A stretch of DNA of 64,000 bases from a virus (lineage: Duplodnaviria > Caudoviricetes). Positions 46,501 through 56,408 of this stretch are shown here, in pieces. Within the stretch, counting starts at the first letter, position 1; every line of letters begins with the position of its first letter. Location of the stretch: the IMG/VR virus record IMGVR_UViG_3300036784_000146, positions 32,001 to 96,000 of that record; one strand, 5' to 3'. A program made the translations under genes and the position numbers. The notes under the pieces were generated by a model that saw only the letters and a list, made by a program, of their open reading frames with translations, ran no database searches and had not been told where the DNA came from.

Positions 46501-46616
46501 AGTGCGTGGTGACCGCGCCGTCCAACCCGAACGTGCGCAACCTGTGGGCAGGCGCCAACGTCAACATCCCGACCACGACCGGCCAGGTCCCGACGACCAC
46601 CACGATCAGCACATGA
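43569..46616 (+). CDS. baseplate hub with lysozyme-like and NlpC/P60 peptidoglycan hydrolase domains
   Basis: ATAIVESSL...SCGLFQQ...WG...MNP..A..MFF...VQR (lysozyme-like); GKPYIWGG.GP.GYDCSGL...GHT (NlpC/P60); hub-type C-terminus FMP.L.PGMR...YV.EVTH. Confidence 0.85.
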   Translation: MTILPGDSSGNGSGTPGIFSPAGAGDYVPLPNAPVSPYNSIFQQANHVSSPTPANNTLVYSPDVRIIIAHNSVQYDISNDLVRGTLIRKENSASTLIWQCHNKNLRYTNSLINNAPIFSRMDRIVCYMKRAGTWVQVFSGYLDSVPYLQLYPSIVQFKATCTLKRLLCYWWNPGLPESIAIFNQFMQASTATQGDGQAQQGTSGKYQDTGLGNLLAALLTQVGHWAPPTVHIQNFPSGFMDLLQLQMQNQQKNQRSAQWFQQLIEGNVSGPAPGAAASYNTGAGAPGPQSSVPVPGGVGAPSAGGSGQAFYVQEIVAACDALGMGPTTQNLNVATGLSQAATVGEGSRDQATQTAFQQTQTVAKNYQTSLLSSDAAILGVATAIVESSLHNWANPGVPESQNIASDGNPPTGGDGQSCGLFQQQAQYGWGTVAQEMNPRQAATMFFQHLATYDWRNLDPGVACWDVQRAANQSKYQGLIDAAIPQATQLVQQYRNATSSPGSSTVSTATGSLPTQQATSLANTLGNSGTGAINSATASPGLNPSVILTSGGSAGTGVGGGLGAPTVGGATGTRPNPDSEGAIAFAAAQIGKPYIWGGTGPNGYDCSGLLQAAFASIGVAIGRDTFSQATHGQRIAPSNIQRGDAMQCDGGGHTMLWLGDGTIIEASTEGVPIHRRPAYVSPSGASGIFRYCQNGGAIPGVGGAITGAPYNNPQISGPGNPPSIILASQGSVAGASAGALQEPIAQNLFAYIFQPQTFISDTAFMYSAATPEKDFINAQPLFQAVASVAAASLRNFASAPNGDFIAYYPDFFGMDGKPAVFLLEDVELKDLTLNFSDDSLATHVYVNGDLSMVGEMDATMGWLLTMGYATVENTALFQRMRLVSPGDLENMTGQALMARFGVRPVQVTQAMAGTAELEFLLAVRLFMEKWAAQYQSSVGMTFMPDLFPGMRVLFVNHSLQVYVQEVTHHFDFEQGFQTECVVTAPSNPNVRNLWAGANVNIPTTTGQVPTTTTIST

Positions 46617-49600
46617 CCAACCCAGGATTCGCTACGGCCCTCGCCCCCGCTTGGCAGAGACAAGCGGTGGCAATCCTGTCCGTCGACGCGGCAAGCAACA
46701 CCGCCCTGGGCTTAACTCGGCGCGAGACCCAGGTCCAGATCGACCTGAGTTACCACGTCGGCTCGGTGCAGGTCACCCCGTCGGTCGGTGAGCAGTGGTA
46801 CATCACGAAGCAGACCCCACCGACGCCCAGGATGGGTATCACTTGGGTGCTCGACGCCAAGATCCCGTTCAACACCCCCGAGATCACCCTCCCGGCCACC
46901 GAGGGCCAGCAGCAGATCGGCACCGGCAAGGGGCCCATCCAGCTGCACGGGACCCAGGTCAACGCCAACGGCCCGCTGAGGCTGGCCAACGCCAACAGCT
47001 CGCTGGCCGACTCGATTGCACGCGCCCGTGACGGACATAAGCGCGCCGCCTCGCTGCCGGGTGCTAGCACCGTCGACGCGGGATCGCTGGTCTACAACGG
47101 GGCGGCCCCGGCCTACTCCAACGGCAGCAACTGGATCCAGCTGGGTACCTACGACCTGCCATCGGGTGGTATCCCTAACAGCCAGCTGGCTGCCGACGTC
47201 CAGGCACTGCTTGCGTTGGCCGGTAGTGCCTTCCAGCTGCCCTCTGGCGGCATCTCCGCGACCGATCTGACCACTGAGGTCCAGAACTTCCTCAGTCTGG
47301 CTGGGACGGCCCTGCAGGATGTCGTCGGATCGGTGGGGCTGGGTAACTTACACACCTCTGGTACGCCCTCTGCCGGGCAATCTCTTCTCGTCGATTCCAG
47401 CGGCACCGGCCTGACCTTCGGCACTCCTTCCACTTCTGGCACCTCCTCCGGCTTGCTGAGCCTGCTGGAAGGAATGACCGGTATCAGCGGCGCCCTTCCT
47501 GCAGATCTGATCGGCTTGTGGACCAGCGTGCTCGGCGACATTACCGGGCTGGCGACCGGCACCTTGACCATTCCCGAGTTGGTCGCTGGCATCGTGCCTC
47601 GTCTGCAGAATCTGTCCCCCAACGGGCTGATCAACTCTCAGGCCCTGGACAACATCGCCGGGTCCATCCTGCGCAACCTTGACGGCACCGGGAAGTTCGA
47701 CGCCGCCCAATTGTTCAACATCAACAACATCCCCAGCATCCCCCAGGAAGCGATCTCTGGGCTGACGTACACCATCAGCCAGCTGCTTCAGGTGGTGGAC
47801 TTCCAGAACCTGCTGCAAGGTCTGTTTGGCACCACCAGCATCGGGTCGTTCTTGGGCGTTCCGGGGTTGCTGTCGGGATTCGGCACCTCGACGAGCATCC
47901 TGACTCAGCTGCTCGGGCTGTTCCCAGGGCTCGCGGGGGGCCTATCTGGCCTTCCTGGGCTAGGAGCGGTCTTCACCGACTTGACGGGCCTCCTTGGGAC
48001 TCCTACGGGTCTGGGTTCTGGATCCCCGACGTTGCCGGGTGTCGGCAGCATTCCCGTCCTGGGTGGTCTCCTGGGCTCCGGCAATCTGTTGGGCGGTGGC
48101 CTTTCCACCGCCAGTCCTATCACCACTCAGCTCCTGGGCTTGTTCCCTGGTCTAGCCACGGGACTCTCCGGCCTCACCGGGTTGGGGTCGGTCTTCACCG
48201 ACCTGACTGGTCTCCTCGGGACCCCAACCCACCTTGGCTCCGGATCGCCTTCGCTGCCAGGGATCGGAAGCATTCCGTTGCTCGGTGGACTGCTGTCGGG
48301 CGGGACGACACTCCTCACCTCGCTGATTCCGGGCCTCGACGCCAGCAAGATAGTCTCCGGAATTTTTGGCACCGGCCTGATTCCCGGCCTCGACGCCAGC
48401 AAGATAGTCTCCGGAATTTTCGGGTCGGGATTCATCCCCGGCTTAGACGCCAGCAAGATCATCTCCGGTGCTTTCCCGTTATCGATGACGCCGCTGGCTT
48501 TGGCCACGAGTCTCTGGAAGACGGGTAAGCAGGGTAATACAAACCTAGTCATCGATCCGCAGTTTGAAGATTCAACAATCACTCACGGCAGTGCTCTCGG
48601 CACGGGCGCATCTTTAGCGTATTCCACGGTGACCGCTCGCAGTGGAACACAGTGCCTCGCGCTGACTACCCAAACCTCGACCACCGGGCAGAACGATTTC
48701 TTCATGTTGGCCCCGGTGCCCACGACGGGTATATGGGAAGCGGCTAGTGGGCTGAAGACCCAACCGGGACAGACGTTTTACTGCGAGTTTTACGTTAAGG
48801 CCAAAGCAACTAATACCGCAACAGTGGGAACGGTGGCGTTCGGCATTAGCTTTGTTGACTCAACCGGCGTCACCGCACAAACCTATGTAGGTTTGGGCAC
48901 CGTTAACATGTCGGGCCTGAGCAGTTCCGCGTGGACGAAAGTGTCTGGCTGGTACACAGTCCCAGCGGGGTATGACACGGCGTTCCCATTCGCATGGACC
49001 AATGCCTGCAACGCCGCCAATCAGGTGTTCTACTTTGACGACGCCCTGGTGCGCGAGGAAACCCGTTCGCAGAGCATCATCTCCAACCTCTGGGGCTCTG
49101 TCGGTAGTCCGCTAACCAACATCCTGGCCGCCGTTGTCCCCGGCCTTGACGCCAGCAAGATCATCAGCGGAATCGTTGGGGTCGCCCAAATACCGTTGCT
49201 CGACGCAGCCAAAATCGTCAGCGGCGTGTTCGGCCAATCGCTCATACCGAGCCTTACGTCTGGCTGGGGTGGCTCGATCCTATCGTCGTTTCTGTCGGGC
49301 ACTCTTGGCACGGGGCTAATCCCCGGCCTCGACGCGAGTAAAATTATTAGTGGGGTCCTGGGCGGCACACTGATCCCGTTGTTACCCGCCAGCCAAATCA
49401 CCAGCGGCACATTCCTAACCAGCCTGATCCCTGGCCTTGATGCCTCCAAGATCATTTCGGGGGCATTTCCCCAGTCGATGATCACGAGTCTGACTAGTGA
49501 TCTCGGTGCTCTGCTGCCTATCAACATCTTCAACCAGCGCACCAACGCTGGCTCAAACTTGGTGATATCACCTAACTTTGACGACTCGACCATCTATCGG

Positions 49601-52600
49601 TCGTGGGGTTCATTTCCTGGTACTGACCGCGCCGGGATCGCGGCGGGCGGTGCCGCCGATCAGTCCTACTCAACAGATGTGGCCCATAGCGGAACGCAGT
49701 CTTGGAAGATGCACATCCACGGCGTCACTGGCGGCGGTTTCACCGGCACCAACTCCGAGGGCTGGTTGTGGTTGCTGCCCAACGTGAATGACATTGAAAA
49801 CGAACCCAACCCACCCACTTCCGCGATCAAAGTCCAACCGGGACAGAAGTTCTATTTGGAGGTTTGGGTCTACGGCGCGGCCACCAACACCCAACCCAAC
49901 CACATGGCTTTAACTGCTCAAATCTGGGACTCCAAAGGCGTTAACCCCCCAAGCAGCATAGATGCTCAGATCATAGCCGGTTACGCCACCACGGGCGCAT
50001 GGACACAACTATCTGGATACGTCACTATCCCAACGGGTTACGACCTGTTCGCGCCGTACGCCGATGCGAACAACTACAACGGCTCGGCTGGCGATAGCAC
50101 CTTTTACTGGGATGACGCCACGATCCGCGAGGAAACCGCTGCCCAGAACATTATCAATTCACTGTTTGGCGGATCGTCCATTCTCGGGTCGGTCTTATCG
50201 AGCGTCATTCCCGGCCTCGATGTGTCCAAAATCATCAGCGGTGTCTTTGGTTCGGGATTCATACCGGGCCTCGACGCAAGCAAGATTATCAGCGGAATTT
50301 TCGGGACCGGGCTGATCCCGGGTCTCGACGTCAGCAAGATCATCTCCGGTGTTTTTGGCTCAGGATTCATCCCGGGCTTAGATGCCTCCAAGATCATCAG
50401 CGGGGCATTCCCATTGTCGATGACGCCGCTAGCTTTGGCTCAAAGCCTTTGGCAGACAGCGCGGATCGGCCAGAGTAGTCTGGTTATCAATGGAGATTTC
50501 AGTGATTCGACCATCAATCGCGGCCCTTTAACCGGCGCGGGTGGCTCGTTCGCTTATACTACGACAACCGCGCATAGCGGCACGCAGTGCATCCAGTTCA
50601 CAGGCGGTACAGCGTCGGGTGCGTCGGAAACATTCGACCTCGGCCCGTACCCAAGCACCGGGCCGTTCACCGCAGTTATCAAAGCCCAACCGGGACAATC
50701 GTTTTACGCCGAAGCCTATATCAAAGCTGGGGCGACCAACACGACGACAGCGGGATCAGTCGGCATAGCAGCGTTCCTGACAGACTCGACTGGCGTCAAT
50801 GCCAACACCATTATTTGGTTCGGCTCTGCCGTTGGAATGAATGTGATTCCCAATTCGTCGTGGACGAAGCTAGGTGGTGTCTATACAATCCCGGCTGGCT
50901 ATGACACGCTTCAACCGTTCGCGTGGATGGTGAGCGCCAATGTCGGCAGTCAGGTTTGGTACTGGGATGACGCTTTAATCCGCGAGGAATCGCGTGTTCA
51001 ACAGGTCATCTCGAATTTATGGGGTGGCGTCGGCAACCCGCTAACCAACATCCTGTCCTCCGTTGTCCCCGGTTTAGACGCAAGCAAAATCATCAGCGGT
51101 CTATTCAGTCAGGTCCAGATCCCCTCCTTGACGAGCGGCTGGGCCGGAACAGTCGACGTCAGCCGTATCCTCGGTCAGCTCGCCCAGACGGCGGTCTCTG
51201 GGGTTCTGGGTGGGGCGACCACGCTGGCCGACGATCTCACCGGCCTGGTGACCAACGCGGTCGGCCTTAGTGGCGGCAGTGGGTTCCCGTGGGCGTTCCC
51301 GATCAGCTTCGGCGGCGGAAATAACAACCTCGCCAGCGTCGGCACCGCAATCGCCGGGTCCACGCAGCTCGCTCAGCAGGTGCTCGACACCATCGTCAAG
51401 ATCAACACCGGGTCGACCGCCACTAACAACTCGTTGTCGCAGTTAGAGGCCGCCCTTCGACAGCAGCCCGGTAGCACCATCGTGTCGCAGCTCCCGCCTG
51501 CAGTGCTGCCCGACATCACGCTGCCGATGTCGACGGCCTTACAGGCAGTACACGCCTCCACCGGCCTCAACACGTCCGACATCAACGACATCGTCTCCTA
51601 CGCCGAACAAGAGAGCGCGGCGGCGCTGGGCACGTTCATCGGAAATACCGGCGGGATCGCCCAGGCCGCCCAGGGATTCGCGGGCGGAGCTGTCGACACC
51701 ATCAACAGTGTGTTGAGTGGCATCCCGGTGGTCGGTAGCGAACTCAGCGACCTGTTCAAGCAGTTCACCGGATTCCTCACCCCGCTGCACAACAACTGGA
51801 CCGGCTCTACGTTGCCCGCCGCCACCTCGACCGATGTGGCCGCCGCCGCGCTGAACTCGGCCACACAGGCCAACCAACAATCCCAGCTGATCTCGTCCAT
51901 CCAGACCCAGCTCCCCAAGTTCTACGGAGGCGGCAACAGCGGTATTTCGTATCAGACCGGGTTCGTCGGAGGTCTGCCAGCGGGGTTCGTGGCGTTCACG
52001 CCGGGCTCGGGCCCGGCCTACAACTGTGCGATCAACACCGCGCAGAAGGCCCAGACCGACACTCAAGCTGTCAGCGGGATTTGGAGCACCGCCGACGGCT
52101 GGGCCAAGGCGCTGATTCTGCGGTCCAACGCTGCCGCAACCTCATTCCATTACGCCGAGTGGTGGCCTGGTGGTGGCGTCATCGGGGTTTGCGTTGCTGG
52201 TGTGTACCACACCCTGCTGTCGTTCGCGGCACCGGCTTTCGTAGCCAACTACGCCTACACGTTTGAGGCTGTCGGCCGTCAACTAACGCTGACCGGCCCC
52301 GGCGGCCTGGACGCAACGGTCACCGACTCCGGCAACGTCGGCACCATCAACTCCAACTGCCGTTACGGCGGATTCGGCACAGATGGTTCCATCATTCAAA
52401 CGCAGGGCTGGGGCGCGGCCGGTGGCTACACCTTCACACCGCCCGGGGGCCTGGTCAACGGCGACCTCTACGACATCTACGGCTACGGAGCAGGTGGCGG
52501 TGGAGGTGGCGGCGTCGACGCCTGGGGCAATGGTGGCGGCGGCGGTGGGTACTCCGAGAACTACGGTATCGGCGGTTCCGGGTCAATCTCGGGGAGCACG

Positions 52601-53587
52601 ATTATCGGCGCGGCGAATGGCCTCTCGGTAGGCCAACAGATCGCCATCACCATCGGCGGCGGCGGTCCGCCCGGGTCCAGCGAATACTATGCGACCGGCG
52701 AGATCACGTACTACTACTACGGCGGCAACAGCGGCCTCAGCAAACCGGTCTACGCCAACTACGGGTCAAGCGGAGCAGCTGGCGGGGCTACCGGCGCGTC
52801 GTGGTCGGGCGCGCTCGGCAGCGGATCGGTGTATTGCCCTGGTGGTGCGGGCGGCGCGGCCTACGGCGGTGCACCGACCGGCGGCGGCTCCTACGGCGCG
52901 GCGCAAGGTGGCGAGGCATTGGTCAACGGCAGCGCGCCCGCCTACAACGGCTATAACGGCAATCAGTGGGGCGGCGGCGGCTCAGGCTGTTATTCGGGCA
53001 GCGGCCAAACTTACGAGCACGATTATTACGGCACACTCGGCAGTCACACCTACGACTACATTTACGGCGTCAACGGTGCGCAGAGTGCTGGGGCTGGCTA
53101 CGACGGTGTGATGTGGATCGACTCGGTCAGCCGCCAATTGCCGGGATCGATCGCCTCGTTCGCATTCTGGGATGCGGCTATTTCTGGCCCGCAGTATGTT
53201 GCGGTGCAGCCAGGCACGTACACGGAAACCACCACGTCAACTACCTGGGCTGATTTGGCGACAACGAGCGATCAACTTACCGTCAACGTCGGCCCAAGCG
53301 GTATGGTCGCTATTTTCATATCGTGCGAGTTCGCTTACAACACAGCGGTCAACGGACAATGCTTTATATCCATTGGCATTACCGGAGCTAATAACATTGG
53401 AACCGGATTTGCGTCGTCTGGTATGCAGACCAGCACTGGCGCGGGCGGGTTGACCGCTGACTCTCTGTTCGGTTTTTACTTGATGACCGGGGGAGCGCAA
53501 GGCGCAACAGTTTTCAAAATGAAATACTTGGTCAATACCGGCACAGGTAATTTCGGGCCGCGATACATGTTGGCTATACCGTTCTAG
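46613..53587 (+). CDS. baseplate spike / long tail fibre with three carbohydrate-binding-like modules and a Gly-rich domain (~2324 aa)
   Basis: True start ATG 46613; OB-like N-terminus (TPSVGEQWY); PGLD[AV]SKI repeats; three NL..N/DP.F...DDA..REE modules; GAGGGGGG domain. Confidence 0.8.
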   Translation: MTNPGFATALAPAWQRQAVAILSVDAASNTALGLTRRETQVQIDLSYHVGSVQVTPSVGEQWYITKQTPPTPRMGITWVLDAKIPFNTPEITLPATEGQQQIGTGKGPIQLHGTQVNANGPLRLANANSSLADSIARARDGHKRAASLPGASTVDAGSLVYNGAAPAYSNGSNWIQLGTYDLPSGGIPNSQLAADVQALLALAGSAFQLPSGGISATDLTTEVQNFLSLAGTALQDVVGSVGLGNLHTSGTPSAGQSLLVDSSGTGLTFGTPSTSGTSSGLLSLLEGMTGISGALPADLIGLWTSVLGDITGLATGTLTIPELVAGIVPRLQNLSPNGLINSQALDNIAGSILRNLDGTGKFDAAQLFNINNIPSIPQEAISGLTYTISQLLQVVDFQNLLQGLFGTTSIGSFLGVPGLLSGFGTSTSILTQLLGLFPGLAGGLSGLPGLGAVFTDLTGLLGTPTGLGSGSPTLPGVGSIPVLGGLLGSGNLLGGGLSTASPITTQLLGLFPGLATGLSGLTGLGSVFTDLTGLLGTPTHLGSGSPSLPGIGSIPLLGGLLSGGTTLLTSLIPGLDASKIVSGIFGTGLIPGLDASKIVSGIFGSGFIPGLDASKIISGAFPLSMTPLALATSLWKTGKQGNTNLVIDPQFEDSTITHGSALGTGASLAYSTVTARSGTQCLALTTQTSTTGQNDFFMLAPVPTTGIWEAASGLKTQPGQTFYCEFYVKAKATNTATVGTVAFGISFVDSTGVTAQTYVGLGTVNMSGLSSSAWTKVSGWYTVPAGYDTAFPFAWTNACNAANQVFYFDDALVREETRSQSIISNLWGSVGSPLTNILAAVVPGLDASKIISGIVGVAQIPLLDAAKIVSGVFGQSLIPSLTSGWGGSILSSFLSGTLGTGLIPGLDASKIISGVLGGTLIPLLPASQITSGTFLTSLIPGLDASKIISGAFPQSMITSLTSDLGALLPINIFNQRTNAGSNLVISPNFDDSTIYRSWGSFPGTDRAGIAAGGAADQSYSTDVAHSGTQSWKMHIHGVTGGGFTGTNSEGWLWLLPNVNDIENEPNPPTSAIKVQPGQKFYLEVWVYGAATNTQPNHMALTAQIWDSKGVNPPSSIDAQIIAGYATTGAWTQLSGYVTIPTGYDLFAPYADANNYNGSAGDSTFYWDDATIREETAAQNIINSLFGGSSILGSVLSSVIPGLDVSKIISGVFGSGFIPGLDASKIISGIFGTGLIPGLDVSKIISGVFGSGFIPGLDASKIISGAFPLSMTPLALAQSLWQTARIGQSSLVINGDFSDSTINRGPLTGAGGSFAYTTTTAHSGTQCIQFTGGTASGASETFDLGPYPSTGPFTAVIKAQPGQSFYAEAYIKAGATNTTTAGSVGIAAFLTDSTGVNANTIIWFGSAVGMNVIPNSSWTKLGGVYTIPAGYDTLQPFAWMVSANVGSQVWYWDDALIREESRVQQVISNLWGGVGNPLTNILSSVVPGLDASKIISGLFSQVQIPSLTSGWAGTVDVSRILGQLAQTAVSGVLGGATTLADDLTGLVTNAVGLSGGSGFPWAFPISFGGGNNNLASVGTAIAGSTQLAQQVLDTIVKINTGSTATNNSLSQLEAALRQQPGSTIVSQLPPAVLPDITLPMSTALQAVHASTGLNTSDINDIVSYAEQESAAALGTFIGNTGGIAQAAQGFAGGAVDTINSVLSGIPVVGSELSDLFKQFTGFLTPLHNNWTGSTLPAATSTDVAAAALNSATQANQQSQLISSIQTQLPKFYGGGNSGISYQTGFVGGLPAGFVAFTPGSGPAYNCAINTAQKAQTDTQAVSGIWSTADGWAKALILRSNAAATSFHYAEWWPGGGVIGVCVAGVYHTLLSFAAPAFVANYAYTFEAVGRQLTLTGPGGLDATVTDSGNVGTINSNCRYGGFGTDGSIIQTQGWGAAGGYTFTPPGGLVNGDLYDIYGYGAGGGGGGGVDAWGNGGGGGGYSENYGIGGSGSISGSTIIGAANGLSVGQQIAITIGGGGPPGSSEYYATGEITYYYYGGNSGLSKPVYANYGSSGAAGGATGASWSGALGSGSVYCPGGAGGAAYGGAPTGGGSYGAAQGGEALVNGSAPAYNGYNGNQWGGGGSGCYSGSGQTYEHDYYGTLGSHTYDYIYGVNGAQSAGAGYDGVMWIDSVSRQLPGSIASFAFWDAAISGPQYVAVQPGTYTETTTSTTWADLATTSDQLTVNVGPSGMVAIFISCEFAYNTAVNGQCFISIGITGANNIGTGFASSGMQTSTGAGGLTADSLFGFYLMTGGAQGATVFKMKYLVNTGTGNFGPRYMLAIPF

Positions 53588-53596
53588 GAGGAATCA

Positions 53597-54415
53597 ATGT
53601 CAGATGTTTTGCCGGTCACCCGGCTCACACCTCAAAGCATCCAGGCCGTTCGCATGGAACTTGGGCCGGGCGGTCAGACTGCCGGTAAGATCGCCGCACT
53701 ACTGGCGATGCTGATGAATCCTGCACTTAACCTGGGATACACAACCGAGAGCGCCACCGACCTAGCGCAGTACAACGGTGGCTGGCGAATTAAAATTTTG
53801 CGTGGTGATGACGCTGAACTCATTTCCTACACGGGGGATTGGATTGTTGTCACCGACGCACTCTACGATGACACCAATGGGTGGCGGCTACAGAAGACGA
53901 GCCGTGTCCACATCTACGGCGTATCGGCCGGAATGTCCGGTACCGCAGTCGATTTCGTTAACACATTCAGCGCGAACACTCCATTGATCTGGGATGCGTT
54001 GGCGACCGCACCCGTGGCCACGCCGTTGGATAATCTCTCGGCGCAGCTCACGTTCAAGCAGCCGCTCAGCGCGAACGGCCCGTGGACTTACCAGATCGCC
54101 AGCGGTCCCGGCACAGCCGGAGCCTTCAGCGAGCCCGACGAGCAGGGCAACGTCACCGTGGTCATCACCGGCTTGACCGACCAAGAGCAGTGCGCGTGGA
54201 CGGTCCAGGTCACCGCCTCGCAGTACACCGGAATCACCGGCACGTCGGCAGCAAGCAACACAATCACGGCGGTTACCGTATTGCCGACACCGGCCGTGCA
54301 AGCGGCCGATGTTGTTCCTGACATATCACAATTCAGAGGACCGAACCGGGCACCGCGCGTTGCCCCGCCGACCGCACCGCCCACACCGCCGACCACACCG
54401 ATCATGGTGGTTTAG
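53597..54415 (+). CDS. tail-associated protein with Fn3/Ig-like C-terminal half
   Basis: P.ATP.D..SA.LTF..P...NG...Y...TGLTD...W.V.VTA...G..S.ASN Fn3-like pattern. Confidence 0.55.
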   Translation: MSDVLPVTRLTPQSIQAVRMELGPGGQTAGKIAALLAMLMNPALNLGYTTESATDLAQYNGGWRIKILRGDDAELISYTGDWIVVTDALYDDTNGWRLQKTSRVHIYGVSAGMSGTAVDFVNTFSANTPLIWDALATAPVATPLDNLSAQLTFKQPLSANGPWTYQIASGPGTAGAFSEPDEQGNVTVVITGLTDQEQCAWTVQVTASQYTGITGTSAASNTITAVTVLPTPAVQAADVVPDISQFRGPNRAPRVAPPTAPPTPPTTPIMVV

Positions 54416-54422
54416 GAGAGAC

Positions 54423-55289
54423 ATGCCCGTATGTCCCGCAAGCTGGCTGCCGACCGGCGGCGGCCCGGCCGGTCACGGTGCGCCGGTCGTCGGCAGTCCT
54501 GGCAACTTCTACTACGACGGCGTCAACCAGAACCGGCTAGAAGTCGCAGTCAACTCGGTCCCGTCCAAGCCCTTCGCCAACGTGGTCGCGCAGAGCAACC
54601 AGGTGGGCACCTACAACCAACCCGCCGGAGGCAGCAACGCGGTCGGGGCGACGTTCACCTATACGGCGACCGGGCCCACCGTCATCGACGGGCACACACT
54701 AGGCGCGCTAGAGAAGGTGCTACTCGTCAGCCAGACCGCCCCGGCACAGAACGGCCTGTACGACGTGACGACACCGGGCTCTACGGGCGTGTCGACCATC
54801 CTGACCCGCAACCCGGCACTGAACAGTTCAGCCGACTTCCCGGGCGCATTAGTCACGGTGGGTGGCGATGGCACAACCTACGGCGGCACGGCGTGGCTGT
54901 GTGTGGCGACCGGCTCCCCGGTGATGGGCACCAGCGCGCTGCCCTTTGACGAGTTCTCCCCCACCAGCGTTGTCATCCTCAACACCAGCTCTCCGGCATC
55001 GGTGACGCTGAACCCGCAGACGTTCCAGTGCTACAAGATCACGGGGCTGGCCAATCAGCTCGCGCTCGACTTGACAGGCAGCCCGCCCGATCGCTACCCG
55101 TTCGAGGTGCTCATCACCGACAACAACACGCCGCAGAACCTCATCTGGACGGCGAAGTTCGCGCCGATGGGGGTGGTTGGGGCGCTGCCCAACGTCACGC
55201 CGATGGGCAAACGCATGACGATGAAGTTCATCTACGACGTCGATAACGCAACCGCGATGCTTGCCGCCATTGACGGCGTGGGCTACTAG
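54423..55289 (+). CDS. tail fibre-associated protein
   Basis: IDG.TL....VLL.SQT..AQNGLY fibre-repeat motif; start ATG 54423. Confidence 0.6.
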   Translation: MPVCPASWLPTGGGPAGHGAPVVGSPGNFYYDGVNQNRLEVAVNSVPSKPFANVVAQSNQVGTYNQPAGGSNAVGATFTYTATGPTVIDGHTLGALEKVLLVSQTAPAQNGLYDVTTPGSTGVSTILTRNPALNSSADFPGALVTVGGDGTTYGGTAWLCVATGSPVMGTSALPFDEFSPTSVVILNTSSPASVTLNPQTFQCYKITGLANQLALDLTGSPPDRYPFEVLITDNNTPQNLIWTAKFAPMGVVGALPNVTPMGKRMTMKFIYDVDNATAMLAAIDGVGY

Positions 55290-55304
55290 GAAAGGGAAAC
55301 ACAA

Positions 55305-55898
55305 ATGTCAGGTGGTAACACAGGGACGTGGGTGGAAACACTCTACACAAGCACAGGTGTCGGTACGGCGAAGAATACATTCGCCGTTGAATCGCAGATC
55401 AACGACGTTGCGGGGATGGGTGTTCAGGCACGCATACCCAAAGACTTCTGGCTGCCAAATAACGCGCAAATTGGTCGCGGCATCAGGATCAAGGCAGCCG
55501 GTATTGTGTCATCGACCGGCACCCCGACTTATACGCTCACTTGTCGGCTCGGCGCACAGGGCAATACGACCACCGCCGCCATTCTGCAGACCCCCGCAAT
55601 GACTACGGTATCTGGTGCGGCGAATGGCTTCTGGGAGTTTGAAGGCGACTTCATTTTAACCGCCATCGGTGGCGTTGGCGCTAATTCAAGCGGTCGCGGC
55701 ATCGGCCATGTTCTTTCTGGCGCTAGTGCTTTTGCGACATCGATCTACCCACTGTTCGGCGGCGGCGCTTCGCCGGGCTCGATCTCCAATCTGGACACGT
55801 CGGTCGATAATTTCGTGAACTTCAACGCCAACTGCTCCACCAGCAACGTCGCCAACCAGATCCAGTTGCTGAAACTTCTCGTGAAGGGGCTGAACTGA
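55305..55898 (+). CDS. beta-rich structural protein
   Basis: RBS; lies in the tail operon. Confidence 0.6.
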   Translation: MSGGNTGTWVETLYTSTGVGTAKNTFAVESQINDVAGMGVQARIPKDFWLPNNAQIGRGIRIKAAGIVSSTGTPTYTLTCRLGAQGNTTTAAILQTPAMTTVSGAANGFWEFEGDFILTAIGGVGANSSGRGIGHVLSGASAFATSIYPLFGGGASPGSISNLDTSVDNFVNFNANCSTSNVANQIQLLKLLVKGLN

Positions 55899-56051
55899 TG
55901 CCGAACACCAGTTACCCGACAGCCGATCCTCGCCAAGGTCCGCTAGCACCTATGCCGGGTCCGATACAGCAGGTGTCAGCCCCGACCAAACGGAAGCGCA
56001 ACTTGTTCTTCATGGGCATGAGATAACCGGTCCGGTGATATCGTGCTGACC

Positions 56052-56384
56052 ATGGCTTCAACCCTCAGTAAGGGCACCGCGTTTCGCGGCCCCAACGGAC
56101 AGGTGGCAGTGCGTACCGGCCCGGCGGTCGCTGTCGGTCAATACTTCGTGTTTGACCCCGACAACGGCGGCTATTACGAGAACGCCGACGACAAGGTCGC
56201 CGAGATCGAAGCGTGGGACGAACTCGACGTCAAAGCGTCTACGGCGTCGACCACTACGACTACGCCGACTCCGGCCCCTCCGGCTGCACCGACCCCTCCT
56301 GCAACACCGACCCCGGCCGCTGCTGCCGCACCGCCGCTTCCGCCTAGGCCTCCTACGGCTCCGGCGGCTCCCTCGGGCAAGTGA
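56052..56384 (+). CDS. small protein with Pro/Thr-rich tail
   Basis: ORF with coding-like codon usage. Confidence 0.55.
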   Translation: MASTLSKGTAFRGPNGQVAVRTGPAVAVGQYFVFDPDNGGYYENADDKVAEIEAWDELDVKASTASTTTTTPTPAPPAAPTPPATPTPAAAAAPPLPPRPPTAPAAPSGK

Positions 56385-56408
56385 GCTACCCATAGCCTCC
56401 TGACGCCC

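Noticed and set aside
46352-46612. 5' extension of the 2411 aa ORF
   Set aside because: It overlaps the hub gene in another frame; the ATG at 46613 coupled to the hub stop is the plausible start
52480-53110. Gly-rich region as PE_PGRS
   Set aside because: It is internal to the tail fibre, has no PE domain and matches phage Gly-rich tail domains
55291-55296. AAAGGG as a seventh late-motif copy
   Set aside because: No TGT 25-26 nt upstream; explained as an RBS
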